Assembly (NCBI GenBank): GCA_023334545.1
Contig: JAADVB010000005.1
Location: 112,279-176,278 of the forward strand
Origin: Salisapilia sapeloensis CBS 127946
Lineage: Eukaryota; Protista; Oomycota
Length of the DNA: 64,000 nt
Direction of reading: 5' to 3'
The notes under the pieces were generated by a model that saw only the letters and a list, made by a program, of their open reading frames with translations, had not been told where the DNA came from and ran no database searches. The position numbers were made by a program, and so were the translations under genes. Below, piece by piece: positions 1 through 12,600 of this stretch. Every line of letters starts with the position of its first letter. Position 1 is the stretch's first letter.

Positions 1-2840
1 GTCCTTCTGCATCTACGAGCAAATTGCCATTATGCCGATCCTTCACCTGTAGCAAGTAGCAGACGATCGAGTATCCCGCGAGACTACTCACAAAGTTCGC
101 TCGAGCGCGTTTAAAGCCAGAGGATCCACGTGGACCAAAGCGTCTCGTGAAGAAATCTAACAGACTCGTGTACTCGAGATCATTGCGTTTCAGCGAGTCG
201 ATGGAAATCGTATCCGAGATAGCTTCTACTAGTCCTGCAGTCGCTGATGTTGCGATCACATCGTAGGGACGTAAGAAGACCGAGAGCTTGGCTTCATCAA
301 AGAGTTTCGAGAACTGTCGAATCAACTGAGACGCAAGTTGCTCCTGTCTCAAATCGTCATTCGCTTTGACGATGACAGGCAAGAGTCTCCATCCCGGGAG
401 ATCACCAAAGGGAGAAGTCGCTTGGATACGTCGCTCCTTCTCTGCCCAGCGCTCTTTGAAGATGACAGCTGGAGGTTGATCTTTACGACGAACCATGTCC
501 ATGGACGGAGAGAAGACACTGGATGCATCTTCATCTTCCGCTAGTTTCGAATCCCTTTCGGATAAAGACAGAAGGAATCGATCCGTGCTGTCGTATCGAG
601 CTAGTCCTCTCGGAGACGACGCTTTCGAATCTGCTGATCGAGGCGACAGTTCATCACCATCCGACACTTGTGCCCACGTCATGTCGTTCGTCAAGTCATT
701 CGAGTCCTGCGGCATATCCTGACTCCATACGTTGCCACTATCCTGTGCATACGAGTTGTTCGATTGGAATGTATGTGGTGTCTCGGACGTCGCTCGTCTC
801 GGGAATGGTTCGATAGATGCACCTGCGCCTATCTCGAGTCTCGACATGGCAGACGATGATCTTGAATTCGTTGCCGAATGGCTTTGCGATCGACCCATCG
901 TCGGCTGGGACAATGGTGGTGCATCCTCTGTCTTCTGTTCAAAGTCATCCGTCCTCCTGCGTGGACGCTGTGGTACTATATCTTTATCCTGTTCTCCTAT
1001 CCACTGTCCTCCAGCAGTCATACCGACAGACGCACGTCGTACGAGGTTATCTAGAAAGCCATTCAATATCTCCGTTGACTGTGCCATGGACGAAGAGATC
1101 GTATGTGAAAGAGATCTCATGCGTGGAATACGTGCTGGTTGACTTTCACTCCAGAAACCAAGTGTCGAGTCGTCAGGTGTACCATTGTTAGTCGTAAAGG
1201 CACTGCTTATATGACCCTGACGAGGTGTCAGCATATCATGATGTCCTTCGCTTGTTTGTGAATGATCGAATAAAGATCCGAATTTAAAACGATTCTTCTT
1301 GTCTGCTGTAGCTTTTGACAAATGGTCCGGAGACTCATAGTCAATGACTTCAGCACATAGGAGAAAAGGGACACGCTCCCTCGTACTAAAGGTAAAGCTT
1401 TCACCGACGTGAATGTGTTTAATCGTATGACGAGAGTTACCCACAGGGATGTAGAGTGCATTGCTTGGAAGGTATTGACTCTGTAAGTCTTCCAACCACG
1501 CACGTAGCATGTCGTTACGACGATTGATACTGATGGAACGGAGGTTGGATGAAACGTTCGCGAGAGCGTTCAAGAAAGTCGTCTCCTGTTCAAACGGATT
1601 CCTTTCTTCCTCTTCACTTTCGCGACTCGAATGGCCACTTTCGAGCGACATACGAGCGTCTGCAAATGTGTTGTACTTTTCTTCCGTTGACGTTAACAGC
1701 GCTTCGGATTCTTGACTACTGCCAGAATGACGAGATGGACGACTTGTCTGTTGAGCTCTCTGCTTCTGTAGTCGATGTTGCAGCATCGTATTCGCTGCTT
1801 GTCGAGCGATACCACGTGCTGGATCTAGTCCTCGATCAGATACTTCTTCAATCAGCATATTGACTCGCTTTGAGTTCTCGTCACTCGCAAACGACTTGTT
1901 GTCGAGACAGTAGGACTGCAAGTACCACAACATCTTGTGCGCAAACACATGCGACCTATACACCTCGTTAGATATTAGTCAAAGTGTGTCAAGTAGAGCT
2001 TACGTACGTGCTGCATTTCTCCAAGAGAAGGATACCGAGCTGCGGACTTTGCATAAATGCTCCGAGTAGTAGGAAACTACACATCTGAGGAAGATAGAAC
2101 TCGAATTCAGACGGATGCTGTTCATATGCGATAGTCAGTCCTTCCACAGCGCCTAATTCATTCTATTAGACAAGTCGATCTATGTTTATACACTAGAAGA
2201 GCATACCGTCTCGATGAGCGTATAAACGCACGAGCGCTTCGAACGTCGGGTCTGTCTTTCGTCGTTGAAACTGCTTGACGAGACGCGTCCACTTTTGCTG
2301 CCATCGTTCTCTTCGAGATAAACCACCTTCCTCCTCTAGCTCTTCTTCCGTCGGAACGGCTAGTTTTTCATTTAAAACGTCTTGGAGCAACGAATCGTCT
2401 GCTAATCTAGCTCGACTCTTGTTGAGCCGGAGGAAGTAGACCAACTGGATGGAGCAACTAAGCACCGCGAGCGTCGAGAGTAACAAGAGGTACTGCAGTC
2501 CCCACTTTTGCTGTCGTAAGAGTGCAAAGCTGTCTTTTTCCTGCCAATACACCAAGACTGGGGAGATGCTAAAAACTGTCAAGGTCAATTGAAATAGCAC
2601 AACGAGGAGGAGGAAACGGCGCGTCGCCGGCGCACGCTTCCCCGCTCGACGCACAGCGAGGAACCAGATGAGACGAGCAACGGACAGGACAACGACTGCA
2701 CACAAGGACTGGTGAAAGTGTCGAGCGCTTTGCAGATCATGCTCGACGAACGCATAGTCGCGATACAAGGCTGGCAGACCAAAGTACACGACGGGTATTA
2801 AGAGCTCTGAGAAGACGGCGGAGAGGCCGAACGCTCCCAT
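1..2840 (-). CDS. Phosphatidylinositol 4-kinase (PI4K beta/PIK1-like) with N-terminal multi-TM region; multi-exon, 3' end runs off the window
   Basis: Minus-strand translation gives FEFYLPQM (helical domain), FTFSTRERVPFLLCAEV and the catalytic VKDRHNGNLL at about 15-45. The hydrophobic ORF 2193-2840 splices in frame through a 54-nt GT-AG intron (2153-2206). The 5' end may extend further. Confidence 0.85.
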
Positions 2841-3100
2841 ACTAAGCTTTAATATCTAGATGAACCTACGACTTGGAGATAAATAGGGACGGCGTGAAGG
2901 ACAGCAAGGTGGGCGTGGTAGAGAAATAGATCGCTTGCCTTGCTTTCGACGTTGCAAAACACCCGTGATCGACAAAAATAGCATCATATCACAACAAAAG
3001 ATATAGAAATGAACACCGCATTACGAGACATCAACGCACTTCGGCGCTTCAACACCCGACCAGCCACTTGCCATGGCAACAAGACATGTATTTACCAAGT

Positions 3101-3834
3101 CTATCGAGGACCGTACTTCCCTCCGCCACGGCCTCCACCTCGACCGCCGCCACGGCCGCCTTGCCATCCACCTGTAGGAGGCTTGGGCTTCCCAGCTAGC
3201 TCTACCTTGATCGTCTGCTCTCGGAACTCGGAGCCTAATGTCATACAAAAGTTAGTACAAGTACCAGTGGTATTGTATGGAGAGAAGTACCATTGAAAAA
3301 CTGTGGCGCGGTGCGTGCAGCATTCGCGTCTTCATACGTGATCACAGCGTCTCCTTTGACCGCACCACTATCGTCCGTGTAAATCTTGATCTTGAATGGC
3401 CATTGATCCTTAAATCCTCGCTTCTGCTTTTCACGAGCAATGACGCCGAGTGCACCAAACGTTTCTTGGAGTTCATCCACTGTGACGTCTGTGGGTAGAC
3501 CAGAGATGTAGATCCTGGACCAGGTCGGATCCTTTTCAGCCTCTTTTTTCGGATCCCAATCATCCGACGTCTCCGGCTGCTGTTCCCGTGGAGGATTGTC
3601 TTCGCGCGGCTTTCGCACTGGAGATTGCCTCCGACCATCATCCCGATCCCTTCTGCTGCGATCGCGATCACGATCACGGTCCCGATCGCGAGACCGTTCT
3701 CGAGGTCGAGGCCGTTCCCGAGCTTCTGGAGATCGGTCGCGACTGTGACGCCGATCTCGCGACCTGTCAGACCTACCAGACCTACCACGGTCACGGCTGC
3801 GACTGCGTGGACGATCCCGACTACGTTCGCTCAT
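3101..3834 (-). CDS. FET-family (TAF15/FUS/EWS-like) RRM protein with RS/RD-rich N-terminus and RGG tail
   Basis: IYISGLP...KIKIYTD...KGDAVITYEDANAA is a FET-type RRM. After one intron the frame continues TIKVELA...GGRGGGRGGGRGGGKYGPR*. Confidence 0.85.
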
Positions 3835-4138
3835 TCACAACAGTAGCTTGTAGTACACTTCCCAACCTTGTTGGCTGTGCGCTATGTACATGACATTTTC
3901 CTATTTCTATCCATTTCATATATACTCGGTACATGTACATATAAATAAATTGCAAGCTGTCCGGCGTATTGTTATCGAGACAAATTGACACAAATTACTT
4001 GTGGACGAATGAAAGACCTAGAGTCAGCGCGTTTTACGACATAAACCGGAAGGCGAGTCCATAAAAAGCGAAGGAAGAGGAAGAAACGCCTCGTGCCTCC
4101 CCACCACCTCCTTTCGATCCTTTTAGACGGAGCTCAAG

Positions 4139-5513
4139 ATGACAAGCGAGACGGATGAAAAGACACGAAAGCCAGAAGGTATGCACTTGTCTTCACTCTT
4201 CTTACGGCTGTATATGCTGATCTATATGGCTTGCAGACACACCGTTTAAGCAGCAAAAGCTCAAGGCGTGGCAACCCATTCTAACGCCAAATTGGGTCAT
4301 TGGCACCTTTGCTGTCGTCGGTCTTATCTTTATACCCATTGGCGTCATTCTCCACTTTGAATCAGAAGGGGTATATTTCATGTGCATGCATATCATTCTA
4401 TCTGTATACTTAGGTGCATTTTGGATCTAGGTGGTCGAGTACTCGATCCAATACGATGGAAATGGAATGAAAGATGCGAACTCGAGTAATATTGAAAATC
4501 TCGGGAGTGGATGCTACTTGGATGAGGAAGATGATGGAGATACGTTTAACGTGACGAAGAGAGGGTGTCTCGTGAACTTTAAGATCGACAAGGACATGGT
4601 GGCTCCAGTCTACGTCTACTACCAACTTGACAACTTTTATCAGAACCACCGTCGATACGTCCAATCTCGGAGTGACTCGCAGCTGCGTGGCAAGTATGTC
4701 GAGGACCCAACGAACTGTGATCCGATGAAAGAGACGCCAGACAAAGTCTACAAGTACAACAGCACAGGCGATCGTATCGATGATGATAAGAAAAGTTACC
4801 GTCTCAACCCATGTGGACTCATCGCCAACAGCCTTTTCAATGGTACAAAACTTTTCTATCAAGTAACGACACGAGTGCTAACGACTTGAGGTATAGATAT
4901 CTTTTGGGTGAACAGTCTGACGCTTCCGAATGGCAACATCTACTACCAAGAGAACGAGTACGATGGGGATGACTTGGTCAACGTCATGGATCAGACTGGC
5001 ATTGCATGGAAAACGGATGTAGACACGAAGTTTAAGAACTTGCCGGAAGATGAACGCAACGAGGAGGAAGAGCTGTACTTGTGGGAGAATGAAAAGTATC
5101 GGTACATCGTCCCGAAGTACGAAGGACAGGAGCCGATTGCGAACGTGACGGCATGGACGAAACCGGCACCATCCTTTGGTGTCCAGAACGAGCACTTTAT
5201 TGTATGGATGCGGACGGCTGGGCTTCCAAGCTTCCGTAAGTTATACGGTCGCATCGATCAGGACTTGGATGCTGGCACGGAACTTCAGTTCCTCGTCTCA
5301 AGCAACTTTGTCGTGTCGACGTTTGAAGGCAAAAAGTCGCTCGTGATATCGACGACGTCGTGGTTTGGCGGTCGAAACCCGTTCTTAGGCATTGCCTACA
5401 TTGTCGTGGGTGCATTGTGTATGGTTCTCGCCATCCTCTTCTTTGCCAAGCATAAACTCAGTCCTCGGAAGCTCGGTGATACTAGTTACTTGGTCTGGAA
5501 GAACAACCATTAA
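4139..5513 (+). CDS. CDC50: CDC50/LEM3 family P4-ATPase flippase beta subunit (3 introns)
   Basis: FKQQKLKAWQPILTP, VYVYYQLDNFYQNHRRYVQSRSD, PCGLIANSLFN, EHFIVWMRTAGLPSFRKLYG, WFGGRNPFLGIAY. Confidence 0.95.
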
Positions 5514-5699
5514 ACTCTCTTTCTCTACTTTTTCTTTCTTTTCGACTTGTAGTATGTCCTATTGGAGATTCCTATGGAAGAAGAATGGAAATTACATTTG
5601 TACATGCTTCCAGTTAGTCTTTCTCTTACTTTGTATCATGTGTCTGGAGGATCTCATCGACGTGACGGTTCATGAACTTTATCAGAGAATTCCTCAGAC

Positions 5700-6981
5700 A
5701 TGGCGACGGACTACGCTTTGGTCGATCGAATTGGCAATGGGTCTTTCGGAGAAGTTTGGAAAGCGACGAGGATCGTGGATGGAGAGACTGTCGCGATTAA
5801 AAAGCTACGAGTACCGGATGATGAACGTTTGAAGACACTCCCAGCGGCTATCTTCCAAGAGATCGAGGCCATGCGCCAGTTGGAACACCCCAGTGTACGA
5901 CTAGAGCTTTATTTTGTCCATATCCACCTCTTAGAGCTACTTCTAGATCGTCAGGTTAGAAGGCATACACGCTGAAGACTCTTACGTGTGTCTGGTGATG
6001 GAGTACCTGCCATTGGACTTGCACACGGTAAGACTAGTCGACGCATACATATCGGAGACTTATCTGATGAAGCGTACTGGTGGGCTGTAGGTCATACACC
6101 GAAGCAAAGTCAGGTTTGATGAAAATGAGATTCGATGCATTATGAAAATGCTTTTGGAAGCTGTCGCCTGCTGCCATCACCACTCAATCATGCACCGGGT
6201 ACGGGCATACCGCTCAGGCAGAAAATTCGACCAGCTATAACTTTCTTCTACGTAGGATATAAAGCCTGGGAACCTACTGCTTCACTTGGATGGAACGATG
6301 AAGCTGAGTGACTTTGGCCTTGCTACAGTCTACGTCGGCTCCGACGTCACTTACAATCACCAAGTTGCGACGAGGTGGTATCGGGCTCCCGAACTCTTGT
6401 TTGCAAGTAGGTGCTATGACCCAAAGGTGGACATTTGGTCCGTCGGCGCCATCTTCGCCGAGTTACTTAACCATGCTCCCCTCTTTGCTGGTCTCAGTGA
6501 CATCGATCAACTCAATCGTATCTTTCAAGTATTAGGGAGCATCGAAGACCAATGGCCAGTACGTTTTAAAGACTACAAGCCCAGCTGCCATCTTACACAT
6601 TGTGATCCTAGGAAGTAGTTCATCTGCCAGATTACCACAAAGTAAGCTTCCCAGAATATCGATCCATCCCATTCACAGACGTGCTCCCAGACGCGAGTAA
6701 AGATGCACTCGATCTTTTATCACGACTCCTAGCGCTAGATCCAAATCAACGTCTTTCCGCTAGCCAGGTATAGCTCCATCTCATCCTCTTTCTCCACATT
6801 TGTCTTAATGGAAACTTTGTAGGCACTACAGCATCCTTACTTGTCCTCAACGACACCCAAACGTCTTCTCTCCTTCCCTAGCGACCTTTCTATTGTATCA
6901 CCTGAAAGCAGCAACCACTCTATTGATGAACAAGAGTGGTCTCACCTCTTCTTTAACAACCCACTCCAAGCAACAGATTGA
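5700..6981 (+). CDS. Cyclin-dependent kinase, CDK20/CCRK-like (multi-exon)
   Basis: IGNGSFGEV, VAIKK, DIKPGN, DFG, HQVATRWYRAPELLF (CDK20-like activation segment), LLALDPNQR. Confidence 0.85.
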
Positions 6982-7028
6982 GACATTTAAATGCAAAAAA
7001 ACTTTGTAATTCTCCATTTACCATACCT

Positions 7029-9596
7029 CTACCTCCCATTCATCTGCGTCGCTTCTTCCATACGTTGTAACCACACATCACGTCCGACGCTCGCAGGTGC
7101 TCGAAAACGTAGCATTTCACCTGCTTCTGGCGGAACTAGCTTCATCTTCATTTCGTCCGTCCGACTCTTTTCGACCCGATAACCAGTTAATTGAATTGGA
7201 CGAGCCGCCGGTTTCTCCCGCTCTTCAAAAGCACTCTTCGATCGATAGCACTTGAGCGTCCCATGGTCCAGGACGAAATAATACTGCCGCCATCGCTTCG
7301 TCATGAGGAACGCTCGACCTTCGTACCTTTCCAAGTACCCTTGGAAGACTCGATTACGATCCACCACACGTTCCCTCGTATCTTTCGTCTGCCTCATCGC
7401 CTGCACCGTACTCGCGTTGAACGTATTTCGTTCCTGCATCGCTTGCTCCATACGCCGATGGATCTCTTCGATCTGTACCTGGACTTCATTGAATTTCTCA
7501 GAGTAAGTCGCTCGGAGCTGTGCTAGAGCCTCTTGCTGCTGCTCTGCATACACTCCGTCCCTCTTACTCATCGCTTTCATGTCATTCTTCTTCCCTTCCA
7601 AAGTCTCTTCCAGCTCATGGACCTTATCTTCTTTCATCTCCATAACATAAGCGAATCGATCGTACTCCTTTTCACTCAAACTTTCCAATCGCTTCCTCAC
7701 TGGTCCATCAAAGAACTCGAGCAAGAGTCGAGATGACATCGGACCTTTGGCTATGAAATGGTATTGAGACACCATAGCCTCGAGATTATTCTTGTACGTC
7801 AAGAGTTCAAAAGGAACTCTAGTTAATGGCGCCACTGGCTCCTTTGAGTTCGTATCGATTTGAATGACTGACATGCCGCGACTCACACGCGAGTGAGCGT
7901 TCTCTTGCTTCGACAGTTTGTCCGTCTCGGTCTTGGCGACTACGACGGAATGCAAATATCGGAGAAGTTCACCACAAAAGAAAGCTGACGCGGTCTTATT
8001 CGCAACTTCAAAACGCTCTTGTACATGCTTAATGCGCTTCATCAAGTTCTTTTTACCGATGGAAAAGTCCAAGCGAGACGCGAGTTCAGCTAACGGCATG
8101 CGAGTGCAGTTTAAACCAGTCACAAAGGAAGACAGAGGTTTGTTCATCTCGCCCACGGCTTCGTCATGCAACGCATCGAGCTTGTTTGTATCAAATGGCA
8201 TCTTCTCGCTTTTCATATCACTAAATGCGTCTGGTACAGTGTACTCTTTTATCGGTGCATTCACTTGCTGCAATACAAGGTTCAAGTCGGTTGGAGCCGT
8301 GTCTTCCTCTACTTCCGATGGCATGTCCTCTGGCGTTCCATTTAAGACAGTCTTTTGATTTGCTGATGGAAAGGTAGAGAAACGACTTTGGAAAGCCTTC
8401 TCAGCTCTCGTCTTGAGGTATTTGAAGATGCCAGTGTTCAGTGGTGTGTTATTGAGCGATGTGTCGCTTGTGATAGATGACGTGGAACTGGTGGGTGATG
8501 GCATCGGCTCTGTCTTCTTGACCAAGTTACCAAACTCGTCGAATGCAGAGAATTTAGACTGTCTCGCATCGGATGTCTGACCTGTTTTCTCTAGTTTGCG
8601 TTCTGTCATGTCCACGAGGTACTGGGCATCCACTTCCATACGTTCGTACACTTCGATACGAGCATGCATCACGTTACAATATCTAGCATATGCTTCTTGT
8701 AATAGAGCTTTCCAACACTGCATCTGTACTTGTTCCACTAGTAGTTGTAAATTCCACTTTTCCTCGTCTTGGGAGATACAAGTCGCTAGTGCATGGCACA
8801 AAGAGGCAAACATGGACCCATTCATAAAGCGTCCGTAAAAAGCTTTCGTGTCAATATGTTCCTGTACGTGCCCAAGGACTTTGGAAGACGTCCATGGGAG
8901 TTGAGCTGATTCTGAAAACCCAGCACAAGGACGTAGACTAGAGGATTTGACGATGATACAGTCTCGAGTCGGCAGCCACTCTCCGACCATCATCTGTGCT
9001 TCCAACGCTTTCAACTCTTCCTCTGGCGTATATGCCGAATCGATGTTCTCCAAAACACTTTCAAAGTACTTGGTAGGCGATTCCGATCCATTCATGTGCT
9101 TGATCTTTAGGTCGATCGCAGCCCATGTGAGTTTCGGCATGAGTGCCTTGAGTAGATGCATTTCCTGGTCATTTTCTGGATTCTTGACAGGCTGAATAGC
9201 CTCTAGAAAGTGGGAGATGCAAGACAAAGCTTGGAAATGCCGCGTTTCCATCGGACTACCACTCACAACGATGACATGAGAGCTAAGCGCGAGGAGGAGA
9301 CTTCCCCAAAAAGGTTCCGTCTGAAGGTCTACGTTTCGAAGGGTACAGACGAATGCAAAAGAGCCTTGACGCTGGACTTGGATGGGTGAACTAGATATGT
9401 AAAGACCGCGTTCGTCTACCAAATCCGTATCGGTCGAAGCAAAGCAGTCTCCTCCACCATCTAGGACACCAACTAACGCAAATTTCTCCCGGCTGTATTT
9501 ATCGCTCTCTAGTATCTCTCGAGCATTATCATGCAGGCGAATGGAGTGAAAATCATCGTCCGTGCATGTGCACAGCGGAACAAAAGCTTCCTCCAT
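7029..9596 (-). CDS. Guanylate-binding-protein (GBP)-like protein with degenerate GTPase motifs, coiled coil and C-terminal PH domain
   Basis: GBP-like blocks LLLALSSHVIV, PKLTWAAIDL, TKYFESVL, RDCII, KAFYGRFMNG, YHFIAKGP. PH domain FQGYLERY...WRQYYFVLDHGTLKCY...DVWLQRMEEA. Confidence 0.65.
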   Translation of the reverse strand: MEEAFVPLCTCTDDDFHSIRLHDNAREILESDKYSREKFALVGVLDGGGDCFASTDTDLVDERGLYISSSPIQVQRQGSFAFVCTLRNVDLQTEPFWGSLLLALSSHVIVVSGSPMETRHFQALSCISHFLEAIQPVKNPENDQEMHLLKALMPKLTWAAIDLKIKHMNGSESPTKYFESVLENIDSAYTPEEELKALEAQMMVGEWLPTRDCIIVKSSSLRPCAGFSESAQLPWTSSKVLGHVQEHIDTKAFYGRFMNGSMFASLCHALATCISQDEEKWNLQLLVEQVQMQCWKALLQEAYARYCNVMHARIEVYERMEVDAQYLVDMTERKLEKTGQTSDARQSKFSAFDEFGNLVKKTEPMPSPTSSTSSITSDTSLNNTPLNTGIFKYLKTRAEKAFQSRFSTFPSANQKTVLNGTPEDMPSEVEEDTAPTDLNLVLQQVNAPIKEYTVPDAFSDMKSEKMPFDTNKLDALHDEAVGEMNKPLSSFVTGLNCTRMPLAELASRLDFSIGKKNLMKRIKHVQERFEVANKTASAFFCGELLRYLHSVVVAKTETDKLSKQENAHSRVSRGMSVIQIDTNSKEPVAPLTRVPFELLTYKNNLEAMVSQYHFIAKGPMSSRLLLEFFDGPVRKRLESLSEKEYDRFAYVMEMKEDKVHELEETLEGKKNDMKAMSKRDGVYAEQQQEALAQLRATYSEKFNEVQVQIEEIHRRMEQAMQERNTFNASTVQAMRQTKDTRERVVDRNRVFQGYLERYEGRAFLMTKRWRQYYFVLDHGTLKCYRSKSAFEEREKPAARPIQLTGYRVEKSRTDEMKMKLVPPEAGEMLRFRAPASVGRDVWLQRMEEATQMNGR

Positions 9597-9675
9597 GCTT
9601 GTCGTGAATTGTGTTTTACACTTGAACAAAGTATTCGGTGAACCTATCTAAGAAATTATATTTTATGCCTTTTCT

Positions 9676-12600
9676 TTAATCTTTCTTAAGATGTCGATTC
9701 CGCTGCGGACCATGTAGTCGTGCTTCGATGCGACCCAGGAGGTTCTCAGCTGAGGCTCGATGACGCATTTCGGCATGTGATGTCGCCACCGTGTCTATCT
9801 GCCATGTATGTGGCTGGTAGTCGTATTTCTCGGTCCTGGAGTTGAACTCGCCAGCTCGTTCGCCTGCTACCGTCCAGAGCGACACACTACCAAATTCGAG
9901 CACAGCAGCTAGTAGTGTCGACTCTAACTCATGCTCTTGGTCGAATCGTACAACTTGCAGCTCTCGCACACGGAAACTCGAGTGTACTCTCCAGTAACTC
10001 ACTCTTGTGATGAGCTGAGGAGGTAGGAAATCTAGCGGTGCGATACTCTCTGAATCATTCATTGCACCCGTTCGTAGCTTTTCCAAACGATCCACGAGTT
10101 TGTGCATGTCGTAGACAGCAATTCCACTTTGGTTATCGCCTAAGCAAAGCAACTTTTTGTCGTTTGCCTCGCCACAAATCCATGCGACGGACGTTATGAT
10201 ACATTGTACTGCCATTCCTTTGTCTTTCGTTTGATCATGTTCCGTCAAAAACACTTTCTTTGCTTTTTCATCTACCTCTCTAGCATCTTTCCAACCGCCA
10301 ACAGCTCGTTTGCGACTGCTATGTGGAAATTCAAACACGATCTCGTATGGATACTTGGTCAATGGTGGTACGGCCGTAGAGCTCCAGATTGATACACAAG
10401 AGCTGCCATCGCCAACGCAGACAAAGTATGGGAATGGATCTAAATACGTCAAAGATTTGACGCCAGACTCTTCATCGTTGCGAAAGCGATTCGATAGAGA
10501 AGTCAGTCGGTTCCGCGCGAGTAAAGCGCCATTCCGGAGGTTCCATACATGAACCATATTCGTTTCCGATGATGTAGTAATCATCATCTGCCGATCACAT
10601 TGCGCTGCAAGACATGAAACTGGAAGCCTATTCGTAGCTGTGGAACGCGCAGCCAAAGGATACGTCTTGTCCGATTCTTGCATACAGTCTTTGAGAATGT
10701 TTAAAAGCGTGACGAAATCAATGCATGCACCAAGACTGTCCTTTTTGTTGGTCGGCACAAGTGTCGAAGCGGAATTCGCTATCGAAGGCTTTTTGGACAG
10801 CATTTCGCGCAGCAATTTTGGTAATTTGTGCATACCGACGGCACCGCAATGGTCTCGATCTGCGCTTTGGAAGATAGTACGAAGTCGTGCAACCTCCGGG
10901 TTTCCAAAGTACCGTTCTAGATGCTGTGGTACTTCGTACAATGAAACTCCTTCTGCGTCTTTAGAGTCTATGTGAGGTTTGTTTGGGCTTTTTATTGAGC
11001 TTGGAGCAGTCGTACGAGTTTGGTTCAGTCGTAAGATGACAGAGAAGTCAAGAGCGTTTGTGATTAAGATGCATCCAGCATCATCGCTCGATACAAGTCG
11101 ATCACCTTTCTTCAGCGCCTGAATAGCAGTCACTTCATTCGCTTCATGCACGTTTGGCTGGGAGGATAAAATAGAACCTGTCGGGATTGCTACCCGGCCA
11201 AGAGACCCGTTCGCGGTACCCACACAGCACTCGAACCCTGTCTCTCGCTCTGCAGCACACGTCAAAGGTCCATTAATAGACACTATCGTTGAGTTGGTAA
11301 GTACTCCTGTGCCAGCATCCCAGCACTTCAGTTTCCATGGCGTTATCACCACAAACAAGTGTTGTTTGCGGTTATAAAAGAGATGCAAGACGGACGGTAT
11401 CTCTTCAGTTTCCATATGTATAGTTGAGCCTCTGGTCTGCTGATGACGACCAGACATGCCGTTTGTTCCAATTTCGTGCTTATCTAGGAAATATACGGAC
11501 GAGTGACCAATAGCTAGTCTCTCCGTAGATGTCATATACGTCATTGATCGCATAGACCTGCCACCAGTAACTGCTCGATTGCCATTTATGCGCTCATAAT
11601 GCTCACGGCGGACGGTCTGGACGGCAGCAAACTTCCGAAGATCCCAGATCTTGACCGTTCCTTTTTCATCTGCAGTCACGACAACATCGTCGGAGGAACT
11701 GAGCGTTTCAATACCAATGATAGGCGCGTCGTGCCCAGCTAGAAACCCAACGTTCTGCTCTAACCTTGGATTCCATACTTCAACTCGTTGATCTAACCCA
11801 CCACTCACGAGATACCCGCTGCTTTGACAGTAAGCTAGCTGCGTCACGACTTTGCCTCGCCCACGCAGTGTCTTCGTCAAGCGGTTACTATTCAGGTCGA
11901 TCATGTAGATATTGCCATCCATACTGGCATTTGCTAGCTGTGTAATGGGATCTAACACGAGCATTTTTGTCGTCACTGCACTTCCTTTGCTGAAAAAGGT
12001 GTTTAAACAAGTCAAGGTCTCGGTATTCCACGTGTGTACTTGACCCGTGGAACTGGAAGAGTACAAGATTGGAAAACAAGTATCATTGTGAGCAGCTAGT
12101 GTTCGTTGGGGAGATTCGGTTGGAATCTGTTGCTCAATCTCGAGCTGTTCCACATCGTAAAAAGTTAAGACTGGGGAAGTAGATGCAGTCACAAATGCTC
12201 GATGATTGGAAGAATAGGCGACGTCCAGTACAAAGTGACTAGAACGCGATATATATCGTTAGCATGGTAAGTTCGATGATAGATTGGTGCTTAATACCTT
12301 GAGTGCAGTGATGTATGGGATTCAAGCTTGCAGCTAGCTGGGTTCATAACTTGGAAGCCTCTTGCTTTCTCGCTGAAGATAACCATCTTGTCTGGTTCAT
12401 GAAAGTATTTCTACAAGAACATACATATCAAGCAAAGATTTTGTCATAAGCGCGATCAAAGTACCATGTTCAATAGCTCTGTCGTCAATTTACATACTGG
12501 AGGAGCAGAGTCCGGTACAAACTATTTGCATACAAAATTTATTATTTGAGCACGCCAAGTATCGTTGTATCGCTGGTACCTTGGGAGTAGATTGGACATC

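Noticed and set aside
3068-3079. Perfect palindrome TTGCCATGGCAA resembling an RFX X-box
   Set aside because: RFX factors are not known from stramenopiles. The site lies in the 3' UTR of the RRM gene and upstream of a non-ciliary kinase, and a single 12-bp palindrome in 64 kb is weak evidence.
3009-3296. Pro-rich plus-strand ORF (PPPRPPPRPPPRPP)
   Set aside because: It is the antisense reading of the RGG tail of the FET-like gene.
3600-3830. Short tandem GATCGC/CGAGAT-type repeats as a mobile or CRISPR-like element
   Set aside because: They encode the RS/RD dipeptide region; there is no spacer structure and no TIR or transposase.
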